From Mustelus asterias (taxonomy: Eukaryota), in NCBI RefSeq assembly GCF_964213995.1, contig NC_135830.1, forward strand, positions 11,036,001 to 11,100,000: a stretch of DNA of 64,000 nt, written 5' to 3'. How positions within the stretch are numbered: the first letter of the stretch is position 1; each line of letters opens with the position of its first letter. Made by a program: the position numbers and the translations under genes. The notes under the pieces were generated by a model. It was given only the letters and a program-made list of their open reading frames with translations, was not told where the DNA came from and ran no database searches. Shown here one piece after another: positions 62,646 to 64,000 of this stretch.

Positions 62646-62684
62646 GGGTAAACAGATACACAGGGTGAAAACAAGGATTCCCAT
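62646..62684 (-). pseudogene. Leader exon of the NAR-TCR V
   Basis: MGILVFTLCICLP + GTGAGT. It is 39 nt (phase 0), which mismatches the phase-1 V acceptor, so it is probably damaged. Confidence 0.65.
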
Positions 62685-63319
62685 CGCTCTGCTGCCTGGA
62701 GATGATGATTCACATGACAGGGAGCTGGAGACTGCAGAGCTGGACTGCTTTGGGAGACTGGACATTAAAGCTGCACTGAAATTCTTCACACCCAAGCATC
62801 TGTAAATCAGGCCATGCCCACCGTTCAAATAAAGCTCAAGGATTTAAATGGGGATCCCAGATGTGAACTTTCAGTCAAAACGCCCGGGCAGCTAGAATCC
62901 AGAGATTCACCCCGCGACCGACAGTCGTGAATGCCATGCTCCACTTGCTCTCGACTTGATTATTTTTGTTATTAATTCAATGGATGTGGGCGATGCCAGC
63001 GAAACCTGACCAACTCGGCCCCCGGAAATGAATCTCAGACCTCAATAAAGCTACAGTTAAGCACGCTCTCTCGAGTATACTGACTGAGTGACTGATTTCA
63101 CTCGTCCATATTTAATCCTGTCTGCCAAAGAACTTCAGCTGTCCAGGGCCCTCATTTGAATCTGATTTAAATATCTGGCGGGTACATTAAGGATTGCGTC
63201 ACTGCCGGAAAACAAAGGAGAAGGAAGTGATTTTAACCAATTGAACCATGTGTGGGTCTTTGTCCTGTTTCGGGTTTGAAATTATAATCGAAAAGAGCGG
63301 TTCGGGCTCGGAAGCAGCC

Positions 63320-63365
63320 ATGCAGATATTCAGAATCTGTATTATGTTTGGGATAATTATTGTCG
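63320..63365 (+). CDS. Leader exon of TCR alpha/delta V
   Basis: GCAGCCATG context, MQIFRICIMFGIIIV + G, donor GTAAGG. Confidence 0.9.
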
Positions 63366-63454
63366 GTAAGGATGATTCCAATCATGTTCCATTCAGATTG
63401 GCGTTATATTTTATATTAACACGCGATTTTTTCTTGCTCCCAAACACATGACAG

Positions 63455-63768
63455 ATCAGAGTGATGGAGATTCAGTTACTCAGTCCCAGTCTTCAGAGAG
63501 CGGGAGAGAAGGGGAAACCGTGACTATAAAATGTACCTATCACACTACAGAAGAAATGTATTATGTCTATTGGTACCTGCAGCTACCAGCGAAGGAGCCC
63601 GAGTTTGTTGTGTGGAGACGGTCTTGGGATGTTGTGGAATGGAAAGGCTCGGCGTTAGGAAACCGTTTTGCTTCAGACCTCCAGCTGTCAGACTCCACCG
63701 CAAGTTTAACCATCATGGACTTGCAGACGACCAACGCTGCCATTTATTACTGCGCTCTCTCTGAGACT
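63455..63768 (+). CDS. TCR alpha/delta V exon, intact
   Basis: DQSDGDSVTQSQSSESGREGETVTIKCTYHTTEEMYYVYWYLQLPAKEPEF...NAAIYYCALSET. Confidence 0.93.
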
Positions 63769-63807
63769 CACAGTGATTGAAAAGAGTACCGACCCTGTAC
63801 AAAAACT
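63769..63807 (+). other. 23-RSS
   Basis: CACAGTG + 23 nt + ACAAAAACT. Confidence 0.95.
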
Positions 63808-64000
63808 GTCTTCCGATTGAAACTGCTGTTCCTGCCTGCTGAGGTTGTCGAGAATCTGGGACAAGTGCAATCACAATGAGGCTGCCAACCCTTCAAACAC
63901 ACACACAGAGGAATCCAATTAACCTCTGTCAACTGCTGCACTCGTAATCAGTAAACTAGAAGCTGCCTCAGCTTTTATTAATCTCGTCCCTGTATTAGTA

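Overview
This is eukaryotic DNA from a cartilaginous fish: it carries shark-type HE1 SINEs and CR1 LINEs, and a carcharhiniform shark is likely (inference). The window is the 3' part of a T-cell receptor alpha/delta locus. On the + strand, the last J segment (1-51) splices to a three-exon TCR delta constant gene (7418-11066). I found no J-alpha array in the ~52 kb after C-delta. That region instead holds V segments in both orientations (two intact leader-V-RSS genes, several pseudogenes) among many CR1, SINE and Penelope-like repeats. The main feature is an inverted NAR-TCR cassette on the - strand: leader, IgNAR-like V with an extra FR1 Cys, J with a 23-RSS, and a leaderless supporting V-delta with an extra CDR1 Cys. 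The NAR-like V appears germline-joined to D sequence and ends in a 12-RSS, but it is a pseudogene. The supporting V-delta has three tandem RSSs and sits tail-to-tail with a pseudogenised paralogue. Separately, three CR1 copies carry a canonical -1 frameshift heptamer (U_UUA_AAC) exactly at the ORF1 stop/ORF2 overlap, and Penelope-like repeats carry minimal hammerhead-ribozyme cores. Everything was read by eye; repeat boundaries are approximate and no database search was run.
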